A stretch of 64,000 nt of DNA, from contig NC_043003.1 in the NCBI RefSeq assembly GCF_006345805.1, forward strand, positions 24,366,001 to 24,430,000, in the 5' to 3' direction. The notes below the pieces were generated by a model, which did no database searches, was not told where the DNA came from, and saw only the letters and a list, made by a program, of their open reading frames with translations. Positions 13,822-27,139 of the stretch are shown piece by piece. A program made the translations under genes and the position numbers. Position 1 is the stretch's first letter, and each line of letters begins with the position of its first letter. This stretch comes from Octopus sinensis (lineage: Eukaryota).

Positions 13822-13966
13822 GTGTGTGCGTGCGTGTGCGTGTGTGCGTGTGTGTGTGAGAGTGTGGGTGTGTATGTGTATGTGTGTGTGTGCGTGTGTG
13901 TGCGTGTGTGTGTGCGTGTGTGTGTGTATGTGTGTGTGTGTGTATGTATGCATGTGTGTGTGTGTA

Positions 13967-13998
<32 letters not shown>

Positions 13999-14000
13999 CG
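13770..14000. repeat. (TG)n compound microsatellite
   Basis: Direct reading. Confidence 0.95.
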
Positions 14001-14109
14001 GGTACGTTGATTTTGGTTCCTGTTTTTCTAGTCTGGAGTTAATGACATTCATTGATATATGGATTGGCCAATTGTTGTTACAATATCTAGTGAAGTGGTC
14101 GCGGTTTAT

Positions 14110-14288
14110 TGGTGATGACGACGATGGTGGTGGTGGTTTTGAGGATGGTAATGGTTGCGCTAGCAGCGGCGGTGTCGGTGGTTCTTTGTAATTGTGGTGG
14201 TGGTGGTGGTGGTGGTGGTGGTGTGGTGGTGGTGGTGTGGTGGTGGGTCATGGTGATGATGATGGTTGTAGTGGTGGGTGGTGGCGAA

Positions 14289-14329
<41 letters not shown>

Positions 14330-14580
14330 CGTTCATGATGATGATGATTACGATGATTGCAATTGAGACGATAAAGAGGAGGATAATAATCTTGGTGGTG
14401 GTGGTGTTGGAGGCGGTGGTGGTGGTGGTTCTGCTGCTGTTGCCTTTGGTGTTACCGGTGCTGCTTGTGGCAGAAGAGGGGTTCGTCCTTGTGTTGACTA
14501 TGGTGCTGGTGATGACAACGGTGATGACAACAATGATGAGGATAATGATGATAATGATGGTGATGGCAGAAGTAATAATG
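14110..14580. repeat. (GGT)n/(GAT)n trinucleotide low-complexity tract
   Basis: Direct reading. Confidence 0.9.
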
Positions 14581-14744
14581 GTGGTCTATGGCATTTAATA
14601 TAGCAAGAGTGCCAAAGGATCGTCAGTAAAACATTGGTAAAACAAATATCACAATTCTTATACGATGTGTGTGTGTGTGTGTGAGTGTGTGTGTACGTGT
14701 GTCTGTATGTGTGTGTGTGTGTGTGTATACTCATATATATAAAT

Positions 14745-15032
14745 AAATCACGTGATCACGTGACCGACCAGACCATCGCTGGTCACAATGCGTTCGCATT
14801 GTTTTAGCCTTCGAATGACGCCACCCCGCTGGCTAAGCGAGCAAGCCAACAGAAGAGTGAGAGAAAGAGTGGTGAAAGAGTACAGCAGAAATCACTACCC
14901 CCTGCCGGAGACTCGTGGAGCTTTTAGGTGTTTTCGCTCAATAAACACTCACAACGCCCGGTCTGGGAATCAAAACCGCGATCCTACGACCGCGAGTCCG
15001 CTGCCCTAACCACAAGGCCATTGCGCCTCCAC
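14745..15032 (-). mobile_element. tRNA-derived SINE, family C
   Basis: Minus strand GGAGGCGCAATGGCCTTGTGGTTAGGGCAGCGGACTCGCGGTCG..GATTCCCAGACCGGG; head shared with 45068. Confidence 0.8.
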
Positions 15033-15384
15033 ATATAAATATATATACGCACATATATAGACGCACACATACATACTTAACATACATAGATGCACACATT
15101 TTCACTCACATAAATACATACATGCATGCATGCCATGACATTTCATGGACCCTCAATTATTTGATGGATTCGTGAGGGTGCCGTGGGGACATTTTCGGAC
15201 CTGACGGAGCCCATTTCGCTTTCCTGGTCACAGCTCAGTTAAACTCTTCTAAACGAAGAGAAAGAAACGGTGGGGGAAAATTATTTAGCAAACGAGAAGC
15301 ATTGACCCCAGCATATTGCTAGCAGTTATTGACCCTGAAAGGGATTAAAGATAAATTTAATCTCGATAAGATTCGATGTACTGT

Positions 15385-16215
15385 AAGTATTTGTCCGATA
15401 GCTGATCGATTTTTTTCTGAAGCCATTTTGATTTCTTCTCTAAACGTTCTCAATTACTGGTTGTGTTCTGTTGGGCAGGTGTGAATTATAAACTTTTGCA
15501 GCGATGGCTGTGAGAGTGATGCCTCTGTAGTTCTTTGTGAGACCCAAATCCCTTTCTTTTTGCAAATGAGAGTATGGAGCTTTTTGCCTATTTGTTAATA
15601 TTGCTTCCGTTGAAGACTGTATTTCAGAAGCCTAACAGAATATCATTGAATTCTGTTTTCCAGGCTTCAGGCTGAATGTTATCCAGTCCGGCAGCCATTC
15701 AGTTTTTGGTGTTTTTAAGGATTTCTTTCAATTCTTCAATGGAGAAATCGCCAGTTATGATAGCAAAGGTGTGGTCAATAACTGATTTCACATCTATATC
15801 AAAAACTGAGGGTATGTTCCCAATAAAATTTCCAAAGTGATCCCTCCAATTTTCTACGCATCCCTGTGGCTTTTTAGCCTTAATTTTTGAATTGTTAGAG
15901 TTTTTGCGTCCACTTATTTCGTTTACTATCTGCCAGGCTGATTATATCTGCCTGTTTGCTACAGCCTGTTTAATTTGTTTTGTTTCACTATGGATGTAGC
16001 TTTGTTGTTGAGATTGATAAAGGTCTACTAGTTCTTTCTCTGCTTTTTTTTGCAATTGGCTTTATTTGTTGGGGTTGGGTGTATAATTTTAGTTTGAGCC
16101 GCTTCTTTGAGATAATTTCGCTTGTTTATTATCTTTTGGTCATCCCAGGGCAAACATTATTATTTGGTTTTATAGGTATGATCTTTCTTGCAACTTCTTT
16201 GCGGGACGTTACAAA
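15385..16215 (-). mobile_element. RTE/RTE-X-like LINE fragment (linker plus RT N-terminus), pseudogenised
   Basis: Minus translation ..AWQIVNEISGRK..AAGLDNIQPEAWK..NYRGITLTAIAAKVYN..NQNGFRKNR with stops and frameshifts. Confidence 0.75.
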
Positions 16216-16227
16216 ATTATTGAATAC

Positions 16228-16630
16228 TGAGTTGGCTATGTGGTAAGTAGCTTGCTTACCAACTACATGGTTCCGGGTTCAGTCACACTGCGTGGTACCT
16301 TGGGGAAGTGTTCTACTATAGCCCCGAGCCGACCAAAGCCTTGTGAGTGGATTTGGTAGACGAAAACTGAAGGAAGCCCGTCGTATATATGTATATATGT
16401 ATGTGTGTGTATATGTTTGTATGTCTGTGTTTGTCCCCCAACATCGCTTGACAACCAATGCTGGTGTGTTTACGTCCCCGTAACATAGCGGTTCGGCAAA
16501 AGAGACTGATAGAATAAGTGCTAGGCTTTCAAAAGAATAAGACGTGTCGTCGATTTGCTCGACTAAAGGCGGTGCTCCAGCATAGCCGTAGTCAAATGAC
16601 TGAAACGAGTAAAAGAATAAAAGAATAAAA
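16228..16630 (+). mobile_element. SINE family A
   Basis: Near full-length match to 53568 copy. Confidence 0.85.
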
Positions 16631-17390
16631 GAATATTTGAAGCGATGAGCTAGCAGAAACATTAGAGCGTTGGAAAAAGTAATTTGCTGTATATATCCTG
16701 GATGTTTACATTATGAGTTCAGATCCCACTGGGGATCAACTTTGCTTTTCATCCTTTGGCGGTGGGGGTGGGGGTCAATAAAAATAAAGTACCGATCTGA
16801 CCTCTGGTTTGAGGCATTGCGCTAGAAATAACTCAAAATCCAGTCGATCAGAGTATCGAGGCAAAACAAGTACAGCAATGACAACAACAACAGCAACAAC
16901 CAACAACAGCAGCAACAACAACAGCAACAGAATATTAAATACATATAGATTTTTTTAGTGCAGCAGCAATCATGATGCAAAAGTGCTTCGGTCGATTTTG
17001 CTAAAAACATTCGTAGATTCCATTGAACATAAAATATCCAGAAGACCAATATTAAGCCTCATTGAACAAGAATTTCAGAAGGAAAAAAAAAAAGCATTAC
17101 ATCTGCACTTAAATTACCTAACGAACGCCTAAATGAACAGGCTGTATATATTAATTGAATAACAGCCATTTCGGTTTTGTGTCTTTCAGACCAATGAATA
17201 CGAAACTAAAAAAAAACTTTTTAAAAAATAACTCTGTATTTTCATAGCGTTCAGACAATATTGGTTTAAGTTGAGCTAAGTGCATGTAAGTGCATTTATA
17301 GTAAATATACGTTCTGATAATTTTTGATGACTGCTGCTTAATAATGGTTTTCTCATTTTTTTTTCTATTGTTCTTGCTGTCGCCATGCCT

Positions 17391-17635
17391 CTTCTTTTTC
17401 TTCTTCTTCTTCTTCTTCTTCTTCTTCTTCTTCTTCTTCTTCTTCTTCTCTTCTTCTTCTTCTTCTTCTTCTACTATTTCTTCTTCTACTTCTTCTCTCC
17501 TCCTCCTCCTCTTTTTTCTTCTTCTTCTCCTCCTCTTCCTCCTTCTTCTTCACCACCACCCCACTATCATCATCATCATCATCATCATCGTCATCATCAT
17601 CATCATCATCGTCGTCGTCATCGTCGTCATTATCA
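17391..17635. repeat. (TTC)n followed by (CAT)n microsatellites
   Basis: Direct reading. Confidence 0.95.
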
Positions 17636-17863
17636 TCCCTCCCTGCTCTATGTTTATCCGCAGGCAAAAAAACTTTGTCCACCGGACCAAAAGCGCTGCA
17701 GCCATGACCGTCCCGTCTCTTTTAAGGATATCGAAAACTATATCGTCCCCACTATTATTTAAGGCGTCAGGGCGTGGTTTTGGAAAGATTTAGCAGTTAT
17801 TTCTGGTAGGCAGCATTACTAAGTTCCGGCTGCCAGGTTGACTTCCCCTCTCGAAAGAATGCA

Positions 17864-17909
<46 letters not shown>

Positions 17910-18076
17910 TCACATACATATACACATACACACATTTATGTATGTATGTAATAAATATATTATACATATATACATAAATATATATACATGTATATGTATA
18001 TATACACCATATATATACATATATATACATACATATATACATACATATATATATATTATATAATATATATTATATA

Positions 18077-18107
<31 letters not shown>

Positions 18108-18296
18108 CAATATATATACTATATATATACATACATTTGCGGGTGTCTATTCAAAGCATTGTCTGGTTCAAAAGGCCACATCGGAGGCCATGATAGATCT
18201 AAGGTGTGAGTACATGAGGTGGTCAGACTCTGCGTAAGGAGTAGACAACCACCATACATATATATATGTGTGTGTGAACATATATATATATATATG

Positions 18297-18848
18297 TTGG
18301 GTTGTCCGGAAAGTTCGTGCCGTTTTATAGTACCTTACATTTCGACTTATTTTAGAACCTGGTTGAGTCCATAAAATAAGATTTGACTACATTTAGAGCA
18401 CAGTTTAAGCTATCTTTTCGTGGAAGAAGGTTTTATATTCCTTTAACCTGTGTTAATTATGTAACCCTTTAAAATGGAAGATAAGAACATTCATTTTCGG
18501 CACTTGATGCTTTGGGAACCAGACAAAAATTGCTGCAGCTCGGCTGGGATGTGATACCCTACCCTCCATATTCACCAGATATTGTCCCTTCGGATTTCCA
18601 CTTATTCAGGTCTGTGCAGTATAGTCTTAATGGTAAAAATTTCAATTCCTTGGATGACATAAAATGATACCTTGATGAATTCTTTGCCATGAAACCACCT
18701 CAATTCTGGGAAGAGGGTATTTTCAAGTTAAAGAAAAAATGGAGACGCATTGTGCAATAAAATTTGGTTTATTAAAAATGTAATGGCAAGTATTTATTGA
18801 CCTTTTTCTTTCTTTTAGAAATCGGCACGAACTTTCCGGACAACCAAA
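18297..18848 (+). mobile_element. Internally deleted mariner (MITE-like) element
   Basis: TIRs TTGGGTTGTCCGGAAAGTTCGTGCCG / CGGCACGAACTTTCCGGACAACCAAA; remnant LP(H)PPYSPDIVPSDFHLF; inverse of the 60196 copy. Confidence 0.9.
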
Positions 18849-19733
18849 TATATATATATACATAAACGTGTGCATATTAATATTATACATGCAACTCTCA
18901 ACAAAAACAAACCGATGTCATGATGGGAGTCACCGAGACGCTATTCACTGCATCCGTTTATCGAGAAATGGAAAAGAGCTCAGTGAAGGGCGAGGAATCT
19001 TTTCTAATAACAAGAGTAAACCTGACGCCATGATAATGATAGTAAGGGGCGCTACTCACTACATCACTTTCTCAAGAAAGGGTGATGGGTTGAGCCAAAG
19101 GGGACGAAATGGATAAGGGCTAAGTGAAGGGCGAAAAACCTCTTCTGATAATAAAAGAAGGGAAATGAAGTCACGATAATCTATATCGGTTGCGCAACCC
19201 GTAAGATCATTATGCTAAGCAAAAGAGAAGAGTTGAACGAGAGTTTAGCATTCACTTATCGAAAATCATAATGAGATTCTACGGGAACTGTCCAAGGACA
19301 GACAGCTGTAATGTGATGTATAGCAAAGAACCGAAACTAAATAGAAATACGTAGTATATGGTTAAATCAACTAATTTTTCACCATCACCCCTCATCATAA
19401 TTGCAACCATAACTGATTTTATTCAACCCACGTTTTTTCGACGTTTGTATTGCAATCAAAACTTTGGTTTGTTTGGTGCTCGCTGTTTGCTTTGTCAGGA
19501 GGGTGGGGCGATTGGGAGGAGGGCTACACTTGAATGCTGCTAACAATTTTGTTTTCACTAATTCCCACCAGACAGGTTATGATACAAAATAAAACGATTA
19601 AAGAAAAAACCCAATAACAACAACAACAACAGCAGCAACAACAACAATAATAATAATGATAATGATACCAACAACAGCAACAAGAACAACAACAACGATA
19701 GTAATAATTATAATAATAATAATAATAATAATA

Positions 19734-19778
<45 letters not shown>

Positions 19779-19908
19779 TAATAATAAATTTTAAAAAACA
19801 CCAGTTTTTTCCTTTTCCAAATATTTTTATTGCTGTTGTTGCTGCCACTATCATCATTGTTGTTGTTGTTCTTCTTCTTGTGAGCGTTGTATTTGTGCTT
19901 CTATCAAT

Positions 19909-19911
<3 letters not shown>

Positions 19912-19952
<41 letters not shown>

Positions 19953-20293
19953 TATGATGACCATCATCGTCATCATCATCATCATCATCAATCATCATCA
20001 TCATCATTATGATGACCATCATCGTCATCATCATCATCATCATCATCATCTTCATTATCATCAACGTCACCACCATCATCACTGTCACCATCATCGTCAT
20101 CATCTTCATCATCCTCATCATCATCATCATGATTATCCTCATCATGATCATCATCATCATGATCATCATCTTCATGATCGTTATCATCGTCTTCACCCTT
20201 ATCATCATCCTCATCATCATCATCATCTTCATCATCATCATTAATATTGTTACTGTTGTTATTATTGTTATCATTATTAATATTATTATTATT

Positions 20294-20340
<47 letters not shown>
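19912..20340. repeat. (ATC)n degenerate array
   Basis: Direct reading. Confidence 0.95.
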
Positions 20341-20814
20341 GCATCGTAAAAAAAAAGGCAAAATAAAATAAATATCATAAAAGCTCTAATGGATTTGCTG
20401 TGTTCAACTTCATACCAATTTCCGAATCGATACTTACAATTTAACGTTCAAGTGAAAAAGAAAATGATAATAACTAAACAAATAAAAAAAAAAACGAAAA
20501 AATAAATGAATAAACAAATAAACAAATAAATAAGTAAATAAATAAATAAATAAATACAAGAGATTTTTGACTTTAATTAATATTTCTGACTTCAGCTATC
20601 CTCAACTCGGCTGGAAACTCGTTAGACCAGAGGAGGCACTTCTGACTCTACGCGAAAACCACCAACACCACCACCACCACCATCACCACCATTCCTAGTT
20701 ACTGGAATAACCACCTGACACAAACTACACTACGTTGTTCGACGCGGCAATCCGCAGGGATTCTTTCTTTTTTTTTTTGTTTTTTGGTTATTTTTTGATA
20801 TTTCATACTTAGGA

Positions 20815-20979
20815 TAGTGATGTTCGAAGTGACGACGACGGCGGCGACGGCGATGATGGTGACAATGACGATAAGGATGATGATGATGATGATGATGAGG
20901 AGGAGGAGGAGGATGTTGATGATGATGATGATGATGACGACGACGACGACGCCGATGATGATGACGATGACAATGTCAG

Positions 20980-21023
<44 letters not shown>

Positions 21024-21268
21024 TCGATGGAGATGTTGGTGATGATGATGATGATGATAATGAGGAGGAGGAGAAGGAGGAGGAGGAAGGAGAAGGAGAA
21101 GGACAACGATGACACCGACGATGATGATTATGATGATGACGATTACGACGACGACAATTATGATGAGAGGGAAGAAGAAGAGAAGGATTGCCACGATGAG
21201 GACCACCAAGCCAGAGATGGTAGCACCAAAGATGATGACGATGACAACTACAATGACGATGACGATAT
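20815..21268. repeat. (GAT)n/(GAC)n/(GAG)n degenerate array
   Basis: Direct reading. Confidence 0.95.
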
Positions 21269-21870
21269 TTAGAATTATGAAAACTGAGAGAATTACTAAC
21301 AAAAGCTCATCTATTCTCCTCTGTTCCGGTAAAACTAAAACAATAAGATGTAGTTTTTGCAAGAAACAAAGAATATCTCTGAGTCTATTTGCTAGGAAAA
21401 TAGAACAATAGAGACATCTGAATTAATATTAAAATTCTGAATTTTAAATTTCAAATCTTAATGCTATTGTGGCATCCATAACTCTCGAGAAACCATAGAA
21501 TATGTTTAAGCTGGAAATTTTAAACTAATGTCTGGTTGACAGAACCGTATCTGCTGTTGTTGTACAAACCCTCACATGACTAACAATCACGTCAATTCTA
21601 TATGGAAGATACTGGCTGATAATCTAGTTTTCTTTGGGTTCTTTTTTTTTACCCAATACATTTTTCTTTTCTAGACTGGTACAGGCTCCCCTCGTCTTTT
21701 TAATTTTAATTTCAAGCTAGTTCCAACATCCAGTGAAAGGGATTGTCACCCACCTTTCACCATTCATGTCCAATGACTTCTGTCTCACTTGCAGATCCAC
21801 TTGAAACGAAGACAGTGTCACCTTAGTATCTTTGTGTGATATCGTTAGAAACATGAATGACACACGTACA

Positions 21871-21904
<34 letters not shown>

Positions 21905-21923
21905 GCAAACACACACACACACA

Positions 21924-22015
<92 letters not shown>

Positions 22016-22474
22016 ATATACATATAGTTATATATACATATATAACTATATATAAACGTGTGCATCTGTAAGTAGATATGCATATATGTGTGCGTGTGTG
22101 TGAGTGTATGTGCATGTATGTATATATATGTAGTGTACATGTATGTACATATTCTCATATAATATGTGTGAGTATGTGTGTTTGCACACACATGTGTCTA
22201 TGTTTATGTGTCTGTCTGTGTGTATCTGTGTCTATAAATACTTGGAAAATATTTTTCATAAAGCCCAAAAATTACTTGATGTGCAAAGGAATTTTGCTTT
22301 CAAAGGTCTCCAGGGGAATAGACAGAAAATATTATCTACACTTTTACTGATATTTCAAAACTCGTACTTAAATCAATGTAGCACAGTAAAACAGGAGCTT
22401 GGTTCTATATGGTGTAATAGGGGTACACATACGCACACTCCACACCGACACATGCCTACCATGCATATATAATT

Positions 22475-22554
<80 letters not shown>

Positions 22555-22759
22555 AACTCTTTAACACTTTAACCTCTTTCAGCTTTAAAGCTGTGGTCAT
22601 GCTGGGGCACCACCGCTGCCTGTAACGCACATTCATTATTTGAAGTCTCCTCTGACGTTTAGCATTTGGTGAATGAGGGAGTTTGATGCTGCTTCCCTCA
22701 TCTGTGTTTCCTGCCGCGAGGTAAGGTCATGGGCAACCCTTGACGCACCTATCCCCGCA

Positions 22760-23400
22760 TCATATGTTACCAACTGTATTCCCAAGCCCGGAGCCAATCA
22801 GAGATATACCAGGTATGCGAAAATAACAACATTCCAAGTTTGTAAATATATCGGATCAGACAGTACATCTTTCAAACATCACTTCCGCAACCACCAGCCA
22901 TCCTTCACAGTCCCAGAAAGACGGTTTGTCACGTCCCTGGCCCATCATGTGTAGCACCTCAAAGATCAAGGGACGCCATATGGTATCAGGTGGAAAATAA
23001 TAGATCATCCAATCTCAAAATCTGCATCGTGGAGGGAGCCAAAATTCTTAAGGAATATACTAACCCTGGCGCGTTAATTAGTCGTAAAAAAGTTTTATTC
23101 TAAATGTGTCCACTTCAAGCGCTATCTACTGGAAAATTGGATCTCTCCGTTTGCTGGTTAGGCTTTTTCGGGTCTCTAAGGGTTGTTTTATCCTCTGGTT
23201 CAGGAGAGACAACCCGTCTTCATTAACGTTTTTATATGTTAAGATTAAAATCACGATTTCTGAGCGTTTCCTCACGTTCGAGACGAAGAAAGTTTAAATT
23301 TTTTGTCTTTATATAGCGTCTGACGAGTTGCTCACAAAGTTTTAGCTTTGTGGATACGTAACCTTTAGTAACTCTATGTCCAAAATTTTAATTTTTGTTG
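22760..23400 (+). mobile_element. Penelope-like element relic: GIY-YIG C-terminal part plus 3' pLTR
   Basis: Translation KYIGSDSTSFKHHFRNHQPSF..TSLAHHV*HLKDQGTPYGIRWKII, typical of PLE endonuclease; HHR relic downstream. Confidence 0.7.
23312..23378 (+). ncRNA. Degenerate type-I hammerhead ribozyme (GAAA changed to GTAA)
   Basis: TATAGCGT-CTGACGA-[stem II with CACAAAG/CTTTGTG]-GTAAC-CTTTA-GTA-ACTCTATG; stem I pairs 7 of 8. Confidence 0.6.
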
Positions 23401-23485
23401 TAATGATTACTGCTGTATTCTTTAGAGTGTGCTTCTTTTCTGATATATGCTTTATTGAGTAAATGTACATATATCTGTTATATAC

Positions 23486-23531
<46 letters not shown>

Positions 23532-24364
23532 TGTTAGTGTGTGGATATCTAGCTATAATTGTGTATGTGTGTGCGTTATAACTGTCAGTTTTGCCAATCA
23601 GCTGTGTCATAAATGTTGATATATCTCATATTTATAAGAGAAAGCATATAGAATCCGGGAAACCGGTCTCGTGAGCCTATGCCTCCGGAAAGACCTATTA
23701 TGGATAGATAGATAGATAGCCAAATAAATTGATTCATTCATTCATTGTTACATACACAAACATACATACATTGCATACATATGTATATACGTCCCTACAT
23801 ACATACATTACATACATACAAGTATGTACATACATACATACATACATACATACATACATACATACATACATACATACATACATACATACATACATACATA
23901 CATACATACATACATACATACATAAATACATATATACACACAGACATACGTATGTTTGTGCTCACCTCGGTTATTATAATGTCGATTGTGAGAGAATATG
24001 TGTTGTATTATTTTATTGCGTGCGGATACAACTAAACTTTCCATAATAAAGCGCTACTTATAATGTTTTAATCGTTTTATTGAACTTTAAATTTCAAAAT
24101 ACTTTTAGTAAAATCATTAACACGTAATAAACTCATTTGTGTTCGTGGAAAAATGCTTAATAAAAAACAGTAAATTGAGGGTGTTTAAATATAACTATCT
24201 TACATCCAGATCACAAACTAAGGAAAAACGCAGAAAGAGAGGATCGTTTTATCATCCTCCATAAAAAAATTTAGAATTTTCTTTTCGTACTGTCGCAAAT
24301 ATTCATGTTAAAATAGAATTGGGAAATTTGAACTTCACAAGGAATCTACACTAATAAGTAATTA

Positions 24365-26550
24365 CACAATGTAACACATGTTTTGTTTATTTGTATTTTT
24401 TAATGTTCATATATGCATTTTTTGCCACTAAATTAAAAAATCGCATTCGTTTTGACGTAACATCGATAGTTATTTATTTATTCCTAATTTCATATTTTCT
24501 CATTATATTTGTAACTTTTCTCTACAGTACTTTGTTGGTTCAATCTATTCAAGTATTGTAAGGATAATTACACAACATTTAGTACTTTTCCATATATTGA
24601 AAGATATTTAGGAAGTATAATATTAGAACAAAAAGAAACAATAAAACTCTGCACTGTAAATGCCTTGGTAACTCTTTTCTTAAGAAGAGAAGTGCTTTGA
24701 CGATCAAGATTTTCTGGAGTGTACACCTTCATCTCTTCTGACAAGAGACCATATATAATCTCCCATTATAGCAGTATCCCATTGTCCTTGGTATCTTCTT
24801 TCCATAGTTGCGATGTCCTGATGAAATCTCTCACCATGCTCCTCACTGACATCACCCAAGTTTTCAGGAAAAAAATCTTGGTGAGAGTGCAAAAAATGAG
24901 CCTTTAATGACATACGACAACCCATTTTCTTAAAGTTTTCAATAAGCTTTGCTACCAGCTGGTTGCAATTAGGATCCTTGTGATTTCCTAGGAATCCACG
25001 AAATGCACACCAAACTTCTTTTTCAACTTTTGTCATCGCTCTTTCCAGTTTCTTCGATTTTAACATTGCATTTACTTGGGGCCCAACAAATATGCCACCC
25101 TTGACCTTAGCCTCAGATAGCTTTGGAAACATAAAACAAATTTCTTGAAAAGCTTCTCCTCTAAAATCTAAGGCCTTCACAAACTGTTTTACCAATCCGA
25201 GTTTGATATGAAGTGGGGGTAATAAGATTTCGTTGGAATCTACTTGAGGCTGTTTGAGAACATTTAACATTCCTGGCTGCAGTTCCACTCGTGGGGGCCA
25301 ATGTACTCTCTTGTAATGATCATCATCAGCTCTGCTGTCCCATAAGCAAAGGAAAAATGAATAATTTGTGTACCCCACTAGCAAGCCAAGAAAAAAAGCA
25401 AGCATTTTGAAATCACCGCAAACATCCCACTTGAACTCAGCGTAATTTATTTGGTCGAGAAGTCCTTTGACATTATCGTAATTTTCTTTCTTCTGTATGG
25501 AGGGTGCAAGAAGCAAAGAAGGATATTTATTTCCATTGTGGAGCAACACTGCTTTGAGACTTCGTGTTGAGCTATCTATGAACAGTCGCCATTCTGCAGA
25601 ATCATGCTTGAGTCCAATAGCAGTAAACAAACCAATCACATCTTTACAATAACACAGATCATTAATATTTTTATAGTAAATTTAAAATTCTTCATGGTGT
25701 TTCCAGTATACAGATGCCTTGCAGTCTTCCTCCAGTAGATTCCATTCCTTCAACCTTGATGAAAGAAGTTCAGCTCCTGACTTAGTAAGGCCCAGATCTC
25801 TGATTAAATCATCTAGCTCACTCTGATTTGGTAAGTGAGGCCCCGAAATCGTTCTTGGTACGAAAGCTTCCTCCATTTCTTGGCTGCTGCTACTTGTTGA
25901 CTCTTCAGATGAAATATTTTCTGGTGGTAGTGGTACTCGTAAACTGTCATCATGTGGGACAAGTGCTCTAGATGGAGGTATGTCTGGATACTGAAGAGCT
26001 TGTCTTCCTTTCACTTTTCTGTACTTTGTCACATTGATCATACAAAAGTAACAGTCAAGTGATGGTTCTTTGGCTCTCTCCATACCCTTGGAATGGCAAA
26101 AGGCATTGACCTTCCTGTACCTCTTAACCATCCACGTATCACATGTGGGGCCCATGGTTTGTCCTGGTCACCCATGGGCATACCGAAATAGAGTCTGTAT
26201 GCTATCCACAATTTGGTACCTTTCACGATCTTATGTAATACATGCTTTTTCCAATATAATAACCACACACATAGCAAAATGTATCTGGAGAATTTTTACA
26301 TACTCTAGTAGCCATCCTGAAAGTAACAGAACTTAGTAATTGGTCTGAAAGAGAAAATTAGACATAAATTTAGTAGCGGAACATTATAACAATACTGAAT
26401 ATATAATAACATTGAAAGTCGACATATTTTTTTAACTGTTCATGATACACAAAAAATAATTTCATTTTTGGAATCAGCAGAAAAAATGGATTAATAAACA
26501 ATTAAAGAAATACAATAAACAAATTTTTATTTGAAAATTGTTACGTTGTG
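24365..26550 (-). mobile_element. Chapaev3-type (CMC superfamily) DNA transposon, near full length
   Basis: TTA|CACAATGTAACA at 24365 and TGTTACGTTGTG|TTA at 26550, giving CAC..GTG termini and a 3-bp TTA TSD; contains a transposase pseudogene. Confidence 0.85.
24704..26315 (-). pseudogene. Chapaev3 transposase pseudogene
   Basis: ATG 26315 MATRVCKNSPDTFCYVCG; GDQDKPWAPH; WREP..DCYFC; in-frame TAA at 25682; DSSTRSLKAVLLHNGN, LHIKLGLVKQFVKAL, EEHGERFHQD; two frameshifts. Confidence 0.85.
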
Positions 26551-27139
26551 TTATATTCATTTTATTTAATCTTTTAAAAATCAGCAACGTGTCTCAATGG
26601 TACATCAGTTATTTTTCATCACATGTAACCATCGGTGAGGACAGGCAAAATGTAATTTATTTAAAATTAATTAACTGCAAGTTTGAATTGCATATTGTTA
26701 GTTAAATATTCGAATTTCGGTGAATATTTGTCAACGATTGGCGCAAACAATTTTCTTGTTCATTTGTTAATGTATTTCCTGTCTTAAACTTTAACATATT
26801 CTTGCACGAGAATGATGTTTCACAAAGACAGAGTGACAGAAAATATTTCTTCATTATAAACGACACGTAATATAATGGTTCATTAGAAACTAGATGTCAA
26901 CAAATAAAATCTTGGAGGCTTTGTTTTAATTCAATGTCGCTTTGAACAAATAGTAATTCATTTTCTGTATCACGAATTTTAGTTGAACAAAGCTTCTCTC
27001 TACGCAACTATTTCTTCTACATCGATTTTGCTAATGGAACATTAAACAAATACCGCTATTGGTATAAGTTAATGAAAATCTTGAAAACGAAACATCATAT
27101 TCTGTTTTTCAAGTCTCAAAAATGGCGATTTATTGAGTT

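Noticed and set aside
18213-18229. 17-mer shared (1 mismatch) with 33489-33505
   Set aside because: Too short, and the flanks do not align
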